IMG/VR virus record: IMGVR_UViG_3300014208_001418
DNA: 54,277 nucleotides
Reading direction: 5' to 3' (one strand)
DNA from: a virus
This document shows, in pieces, positions 39,194-49,441 of this stretch (positions within the stretch are counted from its first letter, which is position 1; every line of letters begins with the position of its first letter). The position numbers were made by a program, and so were the translations under genes. Below the pieces are notes generated by a model. The model worked only from the letters and a program-made list of their open reading frames with translations, had not been told where the DNA came from and ran no database searches.

Positions 39194-39459
39194 AATATAA
39201 AAACAAATTTCTATTATTATATGGTTCGGGTATAGCACTTATTACTGCATCTTTTTTTGCACTATATATAAACTATATTAATTGGAGTTTCATAAAGTCT
39301 ACACTCTATGAAAGCTCATCACCCGCATATTATTCAATGTATGATGAACTGCACTTTTCATATCAGATATTGAACTTTATCAATGGAATACTAATATTCA
39401 CAGGATTATTTCTTGTCAGAAAATCGATCTATAAAACTACTATATCAGAGGAAATATGA
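39190..39459 (+). CDS. Small 2-TM protein
   Basis: Hydrophobic; ATGA coupling. Confidence 0.6.
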   Translation: MKYKNKFLLLYGSGIALITASFFALYINYINWSFIKSTLYESSSPAYYSMYDELHFSYQILNFINGILIFTGLFLVRKSIYKTTISEEI

Positions 39460-40265
39460 AGCTTCAAATCGACATTCACGAACCTAACGATAAGCTTATC
39501 CAAGAAATTCGTTCCTTCTTCCCTCCAGAAGACATTGAAATAACGACTCTTTCTGTCGGAGACTTAAATTACGGTAACGTCTGTATTGAGTTAAAACGCC
39601 TAGACCTAATCTCCTCCCTAAAAACAAACAAAGGAGCTACAACCTCAAACCTAAAGCGTCAAGCTCAAAATATGATGCAATTCCCTGTTCGTGCAGTAAT
39701 CGTAACCCGAACCATCCCCGAAATCTTCATGGACTCAAAATTCATCAAAATCAATCATCCCGAACTCGAAACAGAACCTTTTGATTTTCGTAAGCTAACA
39801 GGTTATTTAGCTTCCCTCTTTGTACGTCATGGAGTTCCTGTCTTTCCCTTCGGAGAATACACCCCCATCAACTATAATGGTCGTATAATATCAGCAGTAT
39901 CTTATTTCATCTATTCTATCCTCATCAAAGGAAACGATAACCGATCCCCTATCATCAATCCCATCCGAGTTCATGCATCTCCCTCTCAAGAACAAGAAGC
40001 AGTTTTACAATCAATTATGAACATTGGCCCCGAAACCTCAAAACTTCTTCTTTCCCATTTCGGTTCAGCCCTCGCAGTTTTCAACGCATCCCAATCCGAA
40101 CTCGAATCAATAAAAGGGATAGGTCCCAAAACCTCATCTCAAATCTTCTCTCTCCTTCGAAGACCTTACATTCCCGAACTCCAAAAAGAAAAAACCCCAT
40201 CCTTGCCAATTCCTCTTCCTATTCACATAGTAAAACCCCTAACACCAGTAACAGATGTGATTTAA
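39456..40265 (+). CDS. ERCC4/XPF-like nuclease with tandem HhH
   Basis: IDIHE, VGDL..CIELK..D, NIGP and IKGIGP. Confidence 0.9.
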   Translation: MKLQIDIHEPNDKLIQEIRSFFPPEDIEITTLSVGDLNYGNVCIELKRLDLISSLKTNKGATTSNLKRQAQNMMQFPVRAVIVTRTIPEIFMDSKFIKINHPELETEPFDFRKLTGYLASLFVRHGVPVFPFGEYTPINYNGRIISAVSYFIYSILIKGNDNRSPIINPIRVHASPSQEQEAVLQSIMNIGPETSKLLLSHFGSALAVFNASQSELESIKGIGPKTSSQIFSLLRRPYIPELQKEKTPSLPIPLPIHIVKPLTPVTDVI

Positions 40266-40267
40266 TT

Positions 40268-40462
40268 ATGGAGGACAATATAACTAAAACTTTAGAATTT
40301 GCATTGACGCTATTAGTTTATACTATGGGAATGATGTTTTTTGAATCAACTGTTTTCGGGTTATTTCAAGATACATATTCTGCAAAAGAATCAGGAATAA
40401 TAATTCTTAAGATGCTATTTCTTTCATCCCTCATATTCTACATAAAAATAAAAAAAGGATAA
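40268..40462 (+). CDS. Small 2-TM protein
   Basis: Hydrophobic. Confidence 0.55.
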   Translation: MEDNITKTLEFALTLLVYTMGMMFFESTVFGLFQDTYSAKESGIIILKMLFLSSLIFYIKIKKG

Positions 40463-40466
40463 TAAA

Positions 40467-40688
40467 ATGCCCTTAGAAATTAAAGTCAAAGAACAAATAA
40501 CAGTACTCGAAATAAAATCAGGAGATAACATCGTAACAATTGAAAGCACAGCAACGCTTCCACCATCCTACAATGCCATCATCTCCAAATTTTTCGAAAT
40601 ATTCCAAGTCGTAAAAGTCGAAACAAGAATACCAGCATCTCAAAAAGACAAAGAATTTTCTGATATTAAATTACCCATAAAAGTATAA
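40467..40688 (+). CDS. Hypothetical protein
   Basis: Operonic. Confidence 0.55.
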   Translation: MPLEIKVKEQITVLEIKSGDNIVTIESTATLPPSYNAIISKFFEIFQVVKVETRIPASQKDKEFSDIKLPIKV

Positions 40689-40700
40689 GGAGAAAAAAAC

Positions 40701-41190
40701 ATGTCACTAAAAGACCTAGCAGTAAAAACATACAGACAAAGTGAAGAACTCAAAGCACAAGAAAAGACTCGAATCAGAATGACCAAAGAAGAAACAAGAG
40801 TGAACAACATACTCAATTTAACAAAAGAAGTCGAACCCATAATTATATCAGAATTCTGTAAAAAATTCACAAAATTCTAAAATTGATTTCTTAGGAATTG
40901 CAAGAAAAGAAGATGATAAGTGTACAAAATACGATGATGGAAATTTCAACAATGTATATTCTATTTTAATGCAGATTGATAATGAAATATTTATAAATGC
41001 ATTTTTTAGCAAACACTCGAAAAACCAAAAAGTTAATGATGTTAAATTCTTTTTCAAAGGACCGAGTTCTATTAATTATCATATAGAAAATCTGGAACAA
41101 CTAGGATCAGCTATTGAAACTGAAGAAAATATTAAAATACGAGAAGAGCAGAATCGTAAAATAATACCACTTATTATAGCTACATTATAG
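40701..41190 (+). pseudogene. Frameshifted hypothetical gene
   Basis: MSLKDLAV ORF (GGAG RBS) stops at ~40879; removing one A near 40872 joins it to the 40969-41190 frame. Confidence 0.55.
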
Positions 41191-41268
41191 CTACACCCGC
41201 TTAGTTCAATTACATTTAAATATCAAGCAGTAGTAGTAGTAACAATTTCAAATTAAAGGAAATAAATT

Positions 41269-41496
41269 ATGGCAAAAATAAACGAAGATTTTAAAAAAGA
41301 TCAGTATAGAGTACAGACAAAACCTAGCGAAGGTTTTCGTAATAATACTTGTCCCTTAAAGCATGATGCTAAAGACTCTAGAGATACTTTATGTTACGAA
41401 CCTTGTATGTGGCAGATAATAAATGAAGACACAAAAGAGTCAGCGTGTGCAATAACTATAATAGGATTATCAATGATACAGAAGGATAAAAAATAA
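41269..41496 (+). CDS. Small Cys-rich (Zn-binding?) protein
   Basis: CPL..C..CMW..CAI; GTA promoter. Confidence 0.7.
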   Translation: MAKINEDFKKDQYRVQTKPSEGFRNNTCPLKHDAKDSRDTLCYEPCMWQIINEDTKESACAITIIGLSMIQKDKK

Positions 41497-42512
41497 TGAA
41501 ATCACAACAAGTATGGTCTGAACAATATCGACCACAAAAATTATCAGATGTCATGGGCCAGGATGCTATATCAGTCTTCCAAGCATTTGTTCGTTTTAAA
41601 AACGTAGTGGATTGTAATTTAGTCGGGCCCGCAGGATGCGGAAAGACTACCACAGTAAAATGTCTGTTTAACGAATTATATGCAGGTGTAAACGATTTTG
41701 GAGTACCCTACGTTGATGAAAATACTCTCATAATGAATGCTTCTGATGAACGCAAGCTTGATGACATTCGTACAAAGGTCATGGGATTCACAACCTATGC
41801 CTCAACTCATCCCGAAGTTCCATTTCGAACAATATACCTAGATGAAGTAGATGGTCTCTTAGGTCTAGCCCAAGATGCACTCAAAGCCATAATCGAAGCC
41901 TGTTCCAAGAACTGTCGTTTCATCCTCTCCTGTAATGATCTCTCCAAACTAATCCTTCCTCTCCAATCAAGAGGTCCCTCTATCCCCTTTTATAAAATCG
42001 CAGATACAGACATGCTTAAAGTTCTCGCTTCAACCTGCACTCAACACAACGTAACAATAACTGAAGATGCAGCAAAGCTCCTAATCCTCTCCTCAGATGG
42101 CGATCTTCGCAAAATGCTCAAATCTCTTCAGATGGCGGCAATGGTCAACCAAAACATAACTATCGAAACAGTCCTCAAATTCATAAACAAAGTCAACGAT
42201 TCCGTCACTGAAAAAATCCTACAATTCGCCTTCGCTAACGATTTCGAATCAGCTCGTCTCACCCTCGAAGAACTTTATTCCTCTTCTCACTACGATGCTC
42301 CCGCCATCCTCGTCTCTATAGGCAACAACGTAGTAAAGCTCCGAGAATCCTTCCCCAATCCCGTAGCTTATTGGAAAGCAACCTCAAAAGTTCGTGATGC
42401 CCTAGTCCAAGTCAAAACCTCAGCTATGCCCTTATTTGTAATCTATGGTCTCATAACGGACTTGATTCTCATTAATAACTCCCCTTTAAAATGTATACAA
42501 ATGAAAGAATAA
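41496..42512 (+). CDS. rfcS: Replication factor C small subunit (clamp loader)
   Basis: WSEQYRP, GPAGCGKT, NASDER, LDEVD, LQSR, GDLR. Confidence 0.95.
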   Translation: MKSQQVWSEQYRPQKLSDVMGQDAISVFQAFVRFKNVVDCNLVGPAGCGKTTTVKCLFNELYAGVNDFGVPYVDENTLIMNASDERKLDDIRTKVMGFTTYASTHPEVPFRTIYLDEVDGLLGLAQDALKAIIEACSKNCRFILSCNDLSKLILPLQSRGPSIPFYKIADTDMLKVLASTCTQHNVTITEDAAKLLILSSDGDLRKMLKSLQMAAMVNQNITIETVLKFINKVNDSVTEKILQFAFANDFESARLTLEELYSSSHYDAPAILVSIGNNVVKLRESFPNPVAYWKATSKVRDALVQVKTSAMPLFVIYGLITDLILINNSPLKCIQMKE

Positions 42513-42527
42513 AGGAGTAATAAAACT

Positions 42528-42764
42528 ATGACGGATCAAAACCCTAATTATGAAGGAACTACTGAAGATCATAGATGGATAACATTGCGAGGTTTCCTGG
42601 GATTACTTGTATTTCTATTCCTGATCACCCTATTATCAAAATACTTGATAAATCATATTGTAAGCATTAAGGAATATTTATTTTATACTTTGCTTTATAT
42701 CATTTGGTTCATCTTCAGTACTGATAAAGTTAAAAATTACTTAAATAAATACATAAAGGAGTAA
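42528..42764 (+). CDS. Small 2-TM protein
   Basis: GGAG RBS. Confidence 0.6.
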   Translation: MTDQNPNYEGTTEDHRWITLRGFLGLLVFLFLITLLSKYLINHIVSIKEYLFYTLLYIIWFIFSTDKVKNYLNKYIKE

Positions 42765-42770
42765 CAAACT

Positions 42771-43118
42771 ATGATAGAATATATAGTATTTCCAAAAACA
42801 AAAAACCTATTAAAAATAACAGCCTCGTCAGTAAATGTCGCAAGAAACAAGTATCTCAAAGAATTCCCTGAATACAAGGAGGAAACTTTGATAATCGTTC
42901 CAACTTCCCATGTTCAATACACAAGAGGATTCTCTCTCGAACAAAAACTCTACAAGATGTCTCTTCCAGAAAAAAGAACCCCCTCAGACCTCATACCATG
43001 GAGTATAGTCTTTGCAGAGTCAGGATCGAGCGGAAGAATGCAAGAAATCAAGCAAGACCTCATGACTGATGGGTGGTCAGAAACACAGTTCGAAATCAAA
43101 CAACTATTACAGGAGTAA
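42771..43118 (+). CDS. Hypothetical protein
   Basis: GGAG RBS. Confidence 0.65.
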   Translation: MIEYIVFPKTKNLLKITASSVNVARNKYLKEFPEYKEETLIIVPTSHVQYTRGFSLEQKLYKMSLPEKRTPSDLIPWSIVFAESGSSGRMQEIKQDLMTDGWSETQFEIKQLLQE

Positions 43119-43123
43119 GAAAC

Positions 43124-43288
43124 ATGTCAATATGGACGAAATATTTCAGAAAAAAAGAAGAACCCAAAGACCAGACCTCAGATGACCTGACAGAGACTTT
43201 CAAACTCTCAAAATCTGATGTTCAGAAAGCAAAAAGCTCAGGAAACATAAACGGTGATCCAGTTTTGAAATTCGGGAAAAACAAATAA
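43124..43288 (+). CDS. Small hypothetical protein
   Basis: GGAG RBS before MSIWTK. Confidence 0.55.
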   Translation: MSIWTKYFRKKEEPKDQTSDDLTETFKLSKSDVQKAKSSGNINGDPVLKFGKNK

Positions 43289-43333
43289 TTTTTCCCAAAT
43301 TCTTTTTTTAATATATTCAATAACATCAGGAGT

Positions 43334-43855
43334 ATGTCTATGATTGTAGGAAAGCAACTATATGATTCTAATATAGAAATTAACTTCATTGACGAAACTG
43401 CTACTATCGACTACGGTTACGATGTTAACGATTATACTCCTATTCCCATTTTTCATGTATTAGCTACTCTTTTTTTACTCCCTATTTGGGCTATTTTCTA
43501 CCTTATCCATCATCTTCTTATCATATCTTTCATTTCTGATTTCAAATCTTTCAATGCTGTTTCATATCTAAGCTTCATGAATCGGCTCTATAAATTTATA
43601 TTTGGCATTAAGATAGCTTTTTACGAAAATGATTTAAAAAAAGATTTCATTTGTATCCATTCTTCGCACAATTTAGAATTTGATTATGAACTAACTGGAG
43701 ATTATGAAAAATATTGCTCTTCTATAGAACTTTATGCTGATGATATAGATAAAAAATGGTGGGGAGAAGTATATCCGCATTTTTCAGGATGGTATTTTGT
43801 AATTAATTTTTCGCAGATACCTAAAGCTGGAACTGCTGAGATAAAATATTTATAA
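43334..43855 (+). CDS. Membrane-associated hypothetical protein; C-terminus apparently supplied by the downstream insert
   Basis: Internal hydrophobic segment; ends SQIPKAGTAEIKYL. Confidence 0.7.
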   Translation: MSMIVGKQLYDSNIEINFIDETATIDYGYDVNDYTPIPIFHVLATLFLLPIWAIFYLIHHLLIISFISDFKSFNAVSYLSFMNRLYKFIFGIKIAFYENDLKKDFICIHSSHNLEFDYELTGDYEKYCSSIELYADDIDKKWWGEVYPHFSGWYFVINFSQIPKAGTAEIKYL

Positions 43856-43951
43856 ATTGTTGACTCAAAAATAAGTTTGTTGAGAATATATGATTGAGTC
43901 AACGAATATGTTATATACATGTAATGCTATTTAAGTCTTTGTTGAGAATAT

Positions 43952-44794
43952 ATGCCAAATTGCTTAATATGTAATAGAAACGTAGAACTACCTGAGAGAC
44001 TCAGATTAGAAAGAGAATTTAGAGAAGATACAGAAAAATATATGGAATATTTAACAGATAATTTTAATTTAACAATAGTAGAAAAAAAAGAATTATCTGA
44101 TGGAATCAAAATATTAAAAGTAAAGTTTTACTGTTCAGATACGATAAAAAGAAAGAGGAGAGAAATAACTGTCTTTTTAAAGCTAAGTGAAAAAAATAAA
44201 AGAGTGGAAGTTATAGGAAATAGTTGCAGACAAGCTTATTTTAAAAAAGTAAAGAAGACTAAAAACGCAGATATACATGCTGAAATTATTGAAAAAAGAT
44301 GTATGGGTTGTAATTCTTTAATTTTAAATAGAGCATCATATGCCGGTTATTGTACTCTTCCGTGTCTTTTTAAACACGATAGTAAGTTATATTTTGAAAA
44401 AATAAAAAAACCTGGGAGAGAATACTGTACAAAAATAGAATTTAAACAATATGGCCTTTTATATTTACCGATGTCAGAGTCAGAGGTTATACATTTATTC
44501 TCCAAATTACATGAAAGCTTAGGTTTTAAATTTATAAAAGAATTAAGAATTCTATTTCCTGACTGTATAGCTATAGATGAACAAAACAATGAAATTAGAA
44601 TCGAATTTGAATATAGAACAAGTAGTTTTTTAACCCATAAGCATGATCCTTCTCTTTGCGATTTGATCATATGTTGGGAGCATGATTGGAAAGAATGTCC
44701 TGTCAAAGTACTTTCTTTTAAAGAATATTTTGAAAACAAAAAGATTACTTCTCAGCCTCCCAAAACAGGAATCGCAACAATTAAGTATTTATAA
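43952..44794 (+). mobile_element. Free-standing PD-(D/E)XK-like endonuclease with Cys motifs (putative homing endonuclease)
   Basis: FPDC..RIEFEY..H.HD..CDLIICWEHDW; foreign composition; duplicated gene end. Confidence 0.7.
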
Positions 44795-44815
44795 TTCAAA
44801 AACATTCTTACTCTT

Positions 44816-45022
44816 ATGTTTCCAAAAATAACAAAAACCCAAGCTGAAATAGGCATAGTAGCAGGATTTTTAATAATAGCTTCACCCATAATTGTAGGCT
44901 TTCCCAATAGCCTCATCTCCACTTCAATTATCGGTTCCCTAATTTCCCTAACATCCTCAGCATTTCTGGGTCACTTAAAATTCAAAGAAAATCAACCTAT
45001 CCCTACATCAGAGGCATTATAA
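44816..45022 (+). CDS. Small 2-TM protein
   Basis: Hydrophobic. Confidence 0.6.
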   Translation: MFPKITKTQAEIGIVAGFLIIASPIIVGFPNSLISTSIIGSLISLTSSAFLGHLKFKENQPIPTSEAL

Positions 45023-45649
45023 ATGTCTTTCAACGAGAATAAAAATAAGCTCGGAGTAGCTCCAGAGCATCAGAAAAATGCTCTCAAATCAAAAGCTAAA
45101 ACTCTTTCAAAAACAGCAATATCGCCATCGTTAATACTCTATCGTGGTGATAAAGTATTTACTCCATTTGAAAATTTAAATAGATTATCAGACTTTAACA
45201 ATAAAACAACTGAAAGTTTAGTTGCATTTGCCAACACGCCAGGACTATATTTTACAGAGTCAAAAGAGAATGCACTTCATTATGGCAAGTTTTTAACTAT
45301 AGTTAAAATATCTCCTAATTCTAACATACTCAAAATGAAGACTCCAATCTCAAAACAACTAGTTCATAAAATTCTACAAACTAATCCAAAACTTTCTAAT
45401 GTCCTTTCTGATTACTCAGAAAATAAAATAGAAGCATATAGAATGCTCATCGATATAATTATGAAAGAAACTGATCCAATAGAACGTCTTAAATCAATTT
45501 GGGGAGATGGACAATTCTCAAATTCAGATTTTGTTAATGCAATGATTAAAAACAAAATTGATGGTATAGAGGTTCAAAAAGAAGGCTACAAACATTACGT
45601 TATCTATAACAAAAACACATTAATCTTACAGAAACAAATAGAGGAATGA
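45023..45649 (+). CDS. ADP-ribosyltransferase-like protein
   Basis: LYRGD, GLYFT..A.HYG, IDGI..HYVIYN, resembling phage polyvalent-protein ART domains. Confidence 0.6.
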   Translation: MSFNENKNKLGVAPEHQKNALKSKAKTLSKTAISPSLILYRGDKVFTPFENLNRLSDFNNKTTESLVAFANTPGLYFTESKENALHYGKFLTIVKISPNSNILKMKTPISKQLVHKILQTNPKLSNVLSDYSENKIEAYRMLIDIIMKETDPIERLKSIWGDGQFSNSDFVNAMIKNKIDGIEVQKEGYKHYVIYNKNTLILQKQIEE

Positions 45650-45658
45650 TTTTTTAAT

Positions 45659-45886
45659 ATGCCAAATATCCAAAAACAAACACTAAGAAATCTTATACAA
45701 GCTGAAAATGAAGCTATCTTCGCATACTCCCAGATAACTCCAGATATGGTTGATGGCACCGAATTTCGTTCTATTGAACACATCCTCCAAGAAGAAAAAG
45801 ATCATCGTGCTATTCTCATAAAAATGCTCGAAAAACGCCTTCAAGAACCCCGAAAAGAAAAACTCTTAGTCGCTTTCCAAAAATGA
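45659..45886 (+). CDS. Short ferritin/rubrerythrin-like protein
   Basis: ENEAI..Y and EEKDH. Confidence 0.7.
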   Translation: MPNIQKQTLRNLIQAENEAIFAYSQITPDMVDGTEFRSIEHILQEEKDHRAILIKMLEKRLQEPRKEKLLVAFQK

Positions 45887-46113
45887 AAACTCTTAAAAGC
45901 TCTCAATCCCCAATTCACAAACAAGCAGACTTATTTGGTGTTATCCCTAAACCTAAAACTCGTATTAAACTTACCCATTTCCAAAAAGAAAAACAATCTG
46001 AGAAAAAGGAAGCCCATACCGCCTTCAAGCTCCTAAAAAGCAGAACAAATTTCCCATTATCTGATCGTCAAAAGCTTCTCCTCAAGATCTATTACAACAT
46101 CTCTATTTCTTAA
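45883..46113 (+). CDS. Small basic protein
   Basis: ATGA coupling; QADLF motif. Confidence 0.6.
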   Translation: MKTLKSSQSPIHKQADLFGVIPKPKTRIKLTHFQKEKQSEKKEAHTAFKLLKSRTNFPLSDRQKLLLKIYYNISIS

Positions 46114-46151
46114 CACCAAAACTTTAAATAGACAGTAGTAGTAGTAGAATT

Positions 46152-46964
46152 ATGAAAAACTCTTTCCCCTTAGTAGTACTATTTTCCATATTACTTATCA
46201 TTTCAACCAGTACTTTAAGCACCTCCAGCATAAACAATCCTACCTTCATCACAACTCCACAAATAGTTGTCAACGTAACTGATCTATTCCCAAATTTCTC
46301 AAACTTGACTATTAGCGAAGACCTTACCTCTTCCAATATCACTGTAGTATCATCTCCAATATTTACCTATACTTTTATAAACAAAACAGATGGAATTAAA
46401 ACAATTTTTTTGTTTAACAACTCTACCCCAATATCTAATAACTCAGTATATCTTATTCAATCACCTCCTATATATCAAACATTATCTTCAAATACGATAA
46501 CATCTGATTCCAATATAACAGTATATGTTTCTATATCACCTGAGTTTTCTTTTATCCAGTTATCTGAAGTACATCAACTCATTTCTCCCGACTTTACTAT
46601 AATATCATCTACCGCTAACTATACGAAAAATGATACTTATGCATACAATACCTTTATATTCAGGAACGTAAATAACTTCTCCTATACAATAAAACCTAAC
46701 TCTACTAACTATGGATCATATAAAATCTATGGAGAATACTACTCCCCTGATTTCCCTCCCTCCTCTTTTAATATAACAACGAATGAATTTACTTTCAACT
46801 CCGACGATATTCTTCTATTTCGAGACTTCGATACTGATCATAACAATCGTCTGAACAGAAAAGAAATCTTATCTGCTCTTAAATCATATTTCGAGACAAA
46901 TATGTCTTTTTCTAACATAGATAAACTCCTGACAAAATATAAAAATAGCGAGGTGCTTTATTAA
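46152..46964 (+). CDS. Secreted protein with cohesin-like domain and EF-hand/dockerin-like C-terminus
   Basis: Signal peptide; DFDTDHNNRLNRKE..YF. Confidence 0.6.
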   Translation: MKNSFPLVVLFSILLIISTSTLSTSSINNPTFITTPQIVVNVTDLFPNFSNLTISEDLTSSNITVVSSPIFTYTFINKTDGIKTIFLFNNSTPISNNSVYLIQSPPIYQTLSSNTITSDSNITVYVSISPEFSFIQLSEVHQLISPDFTIISSTANYTKNDTYAYNTFIFRNVNNFSYTIKPNSTNYGSYKIYGEYYSPDFPPSSFNITTNEFTFNSDDILLFRDFDTDHNNRLNRKEILSALKSYFETNMSFSNIDKLLTKYKNSEVLY

Positions 46965-47896
46965 TGAAAAAGCTACTCTTATTTTTTATAATCTCTTTTC
47001 TCCTAATTCCATCTGTTTCATCAATGTACGTAACTCGGTCTATATTCTATAACGGAACAATGTATGAATCTCCAGTTTTAATTTCAGGAACAGACCGCTT
47101 CCTAAACGTAACATTAACTGCCTACCCCATGTCTGATTTCGATTATCCAGGATTTTATATTCAAGAATATATACCCTATGATATGTCAGTAATATCTACA
47201 ACTGCTGATTTTTCAGAATACAAAGATCACACCCTAACAATTATCTCTCTCCTCCCAACATATTCCTCAGTCTCCTACAAATTAAAACTCCCATCATCTG
47301 ACATAAAAGATGCCTCGATCATCGGAGTTTTCAGAGACGAGAACAAAACAAAATATGACATACCTGAAACTAAAATAAGCTACAGATTTAATTCTATTTC
47401 AGATTCATCAACTCATTCATTTCCTTTAAATCCTACTCCAACACCTCATATTACTATCGCTAAGTCTATAAACTCTACCATAGTCCTTAAAGATTCTACT
47501 ACTATTGAATTACCGGCAAAGCCATCTGATACCGAATCAATTTTCTCCTTTATATTCACCCCAAGTTTTTTTATTCTATTTACTTTAATTCTAAGCCTTC
47601 CTATACTTCTTTATTTCAAAACAAAGTTCAAATCTTTTATAATCCTCAAAGAAATATCCTTCTCAATAAAAGATAAAAAATTAACACTCGATAGCATTCC
47701 TTATCCCGAAAACTTTACTATCAGCATATCAAATCCCTCCAAAAGAGCCTACTTAGCGCACATACAGGACAAATCAAAGACCTTCAGTATCCCAAACAAT
47801 GACACATGCTTACTATCTCATTCCTCTGTAACCTTCTCGTTAAAACTCCTTAAAACCGAAGATGCTTCAGGCATATTGATTATTTGTGGAAGATAA
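46964..47896 (+). CDS. Membrane-anchored protein with cohesin-like domain
   Basis: Signal peptide; IQEYIP..VISTTAD..VSYKL..IIGVF; TM. Confidence 0.6.
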   Translation: MKKLLLFFIISFLLIPSVSSMYVTRSIFYNGTMYESPVLISGTDRFLNVTLTAYPMSDFDYPGFYIQEYIPYDMSVISTTADFSEYKDHTLTIISLLPTYSSVSYKLKLPSSDIKDASIIGVFRDENKTKYDIPETKISYRFNSISDSSTHSFPLNPTPTPHITIAKSINSTIVLKDSTTIELPAKPSDTESIFSFIFTPSFFILFTLILSLPILLYFKTKFKSFIILKEISFSIKDKKLTLDSIPYPENFTISISNPSKRAYLAHIQDKSKTFSIPNNDTCLLSHSSVTFSLKLLKTEDASGILIICGR

Positions 47897-47937
47897 TTAA
47901 ACATCTTTATATACATTGAAGTAGTAGTAGCATTATT

Positions 47938-48333
47938 ATGTCAAAAGAATTACTTGAAAAACTCTCTGAAAACATGAATGAGTATTTCGCCAACTCTCTC
48001 AGGATCAAAGAGATTGAAAAGATACAGGACAGATTTAAGATCGAAAACCTTGAGTTAATGCGTCAGCTCGAACTCTCAACCTATTCTACCGAATCCCTAT
48101 CCATAAATGTCATTCAAAATCACAAAAAGGTAGGCGTAGACGAAAATGCTCTATCAGCCTTAATCGGAAAAGACGTAGTAGATCGTTTAAAGATTGTTCC
48201 AGTAACCGCTATAACCAATGGCATCAAAGACAAAACGCTTCCAGTATCAGCTAACAACTGCATCCTAACAGTTCCAGAAGAACCATACACAAAAATTACA
48301 CTAATAAAACCAACAGCAAAAGTCATATTATAG
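47938..48333 (+). CDS. Hypothetical protein with N-terminal coiled coil
   Basis: Leaderless after a GTA promoter. Confidence 0.7.
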   Translation: MSKELLEKLSENMNEYFANSLRIKEIEKIQDRFKIENLELMRQLELSTYSTESLSINVIQNHKKVGVDENALSALIGKDVVDRLKIVPVTAITNGIKDKTLPVSANNCILTVPEEPYTKITLIKPTAKVIL

Positions 48334-48346
48334 CAATAAAATATAA

Positions 48347-48520
48347 ATGAGCTTTACGCAATTCTTAAAATACACATTTATAATAATATTCATTGTGATA
48401 TTTTCAGCAATATCATATTCTTATATACTTGTGTTAATAAAAACATATCCTGATGCTATTATAATAGCATTTTGGACTTTAATAATTGCAGGAACCCTTT
48501 GTCTCCCTGTTCAGGACTGA
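48347..48520 (+). CDS. 57-aa 2-TM protein
   Basis: Fills the operon gap; hydrophobic. Confidence 0.5.
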   Translation: MSFTQFLKYTFIIIFIVIFSAISYSYILVLIKTYPDAIIIAFWTLIIAGTLCLPVQD

Positions 48521-48526
48521 TTAAAA

Positions 48527-49387
48527 ATGCAAATCTCACCCGACTACATATCTTATCCAACATCTGTATCGAACTTCCTCTTTTTCCCAAGAAAATTTAT
48601 TCTCAAAAAATTACACATCCAGCCTGAAGCAGAAAGAGGACCAGGACTATTAGCAGGAGTACTAGTTCATTCTATTGCTGAACAACTCTTTAAAAACATT
48701 GATCCAAATCAAGCCTCCCTATCTCCTGAAGGTCATTTCATAGATATTGTCAAAAACTTGCGAACAACAAAATGGGATTATAACATCCCTAACGAAAAAG
48801 TTCCAATCATAGACGAGATGCTTCAAAATCTAGCTATGTATACTGCTAGTACCTACAAACTCCTCAAAGCCCAAAATCGGCTCCCTCAATTCATGCCCTT
48901 CTCCCTTGAAGAAGAAATCATCTCTCCAACCCTAAAAATCGGGGCTCGAATAGATCGCATAAATCAATCCAAAAACTTCATCGATTACAAAACAGACGCT
49001 CTATTCCCTGAAATCCTCCTACGTCAAAAATCCTCTTTAACCCCTTCCGAACTCTTCGATTACAACTTTTCCTATACTCATCTCCTCATCCAAGCAGTAA
49101 TAGGAGCTATGCTTATCGAAGAAAAATATGGAGTCCTTCCCTCTCACTGTTCCTTCATGTACCTTCGTTACCTAACTATAACAGGCAATGGCATAATAAC
49201 TGTAACCATCTCCCAAGAGAAAAAAGACCTTGTCATGTCCTACATAGCTAAAATGCTCTCTGACATCCAAAACGACATCTTCCCAGCCTGCACATCAAAA
49301 CACCCACGAGCCTGCTACTTCTATAACTCCCCCTGCGAATTCAAAACAAAATGTGATGCCACTTCTCTATGCATCCTTTCAATATGA
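48527..49387 (+). CDS. PD-(D/E)XK nuclease (RecB/AddB/Cas4-like)
   Basis: GVLVH..E, RIDRI, FIDYKT, Q; C-terminal Cys cluster. Confidence 0.85.
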   Translation: MQISPDYISYPTSVSNFLFFPRKFILKKLHIQPEAERGPGLLAGVLVHSIAEQLFKNIDPNQASLSPEGHFIDIVKNLRTTKWDYNIPNEKVPIIDEMLQNLAMYTASTYKLLKAQNRLPQFMPFSLEEEIISPTLKIGARIDRINQSKNFIDYKTDALFPEILLRQKSSLTPSELFDYNFSYTHLLIQAVIGAMLIEEKYGVLPSHCSFMYLRYLTITGNGIITVTISQEKKDLVMSYIAKMLSDIQNDIFPACTSKHPRACYFYNSPCEFKTKCDATSLCILSI

Positions 49388-49441
49388 GTAAAGAATTATG
49401 AACTGAAAAATAACAACAGTAAATTTTAGTGAGGTAATAGA

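Noticed and set aside
40701-41190. Programmed frameshifting (here and at 191-665)
   Set aside because: Single-base indels without a clear slippery site plus structure; decay or sequencing error is simpler
48527-49387. CRISPR adaptation Cas4
   Set aside because: No cas1 or array; a stand-alone RecB-like nuclease is common in such elements
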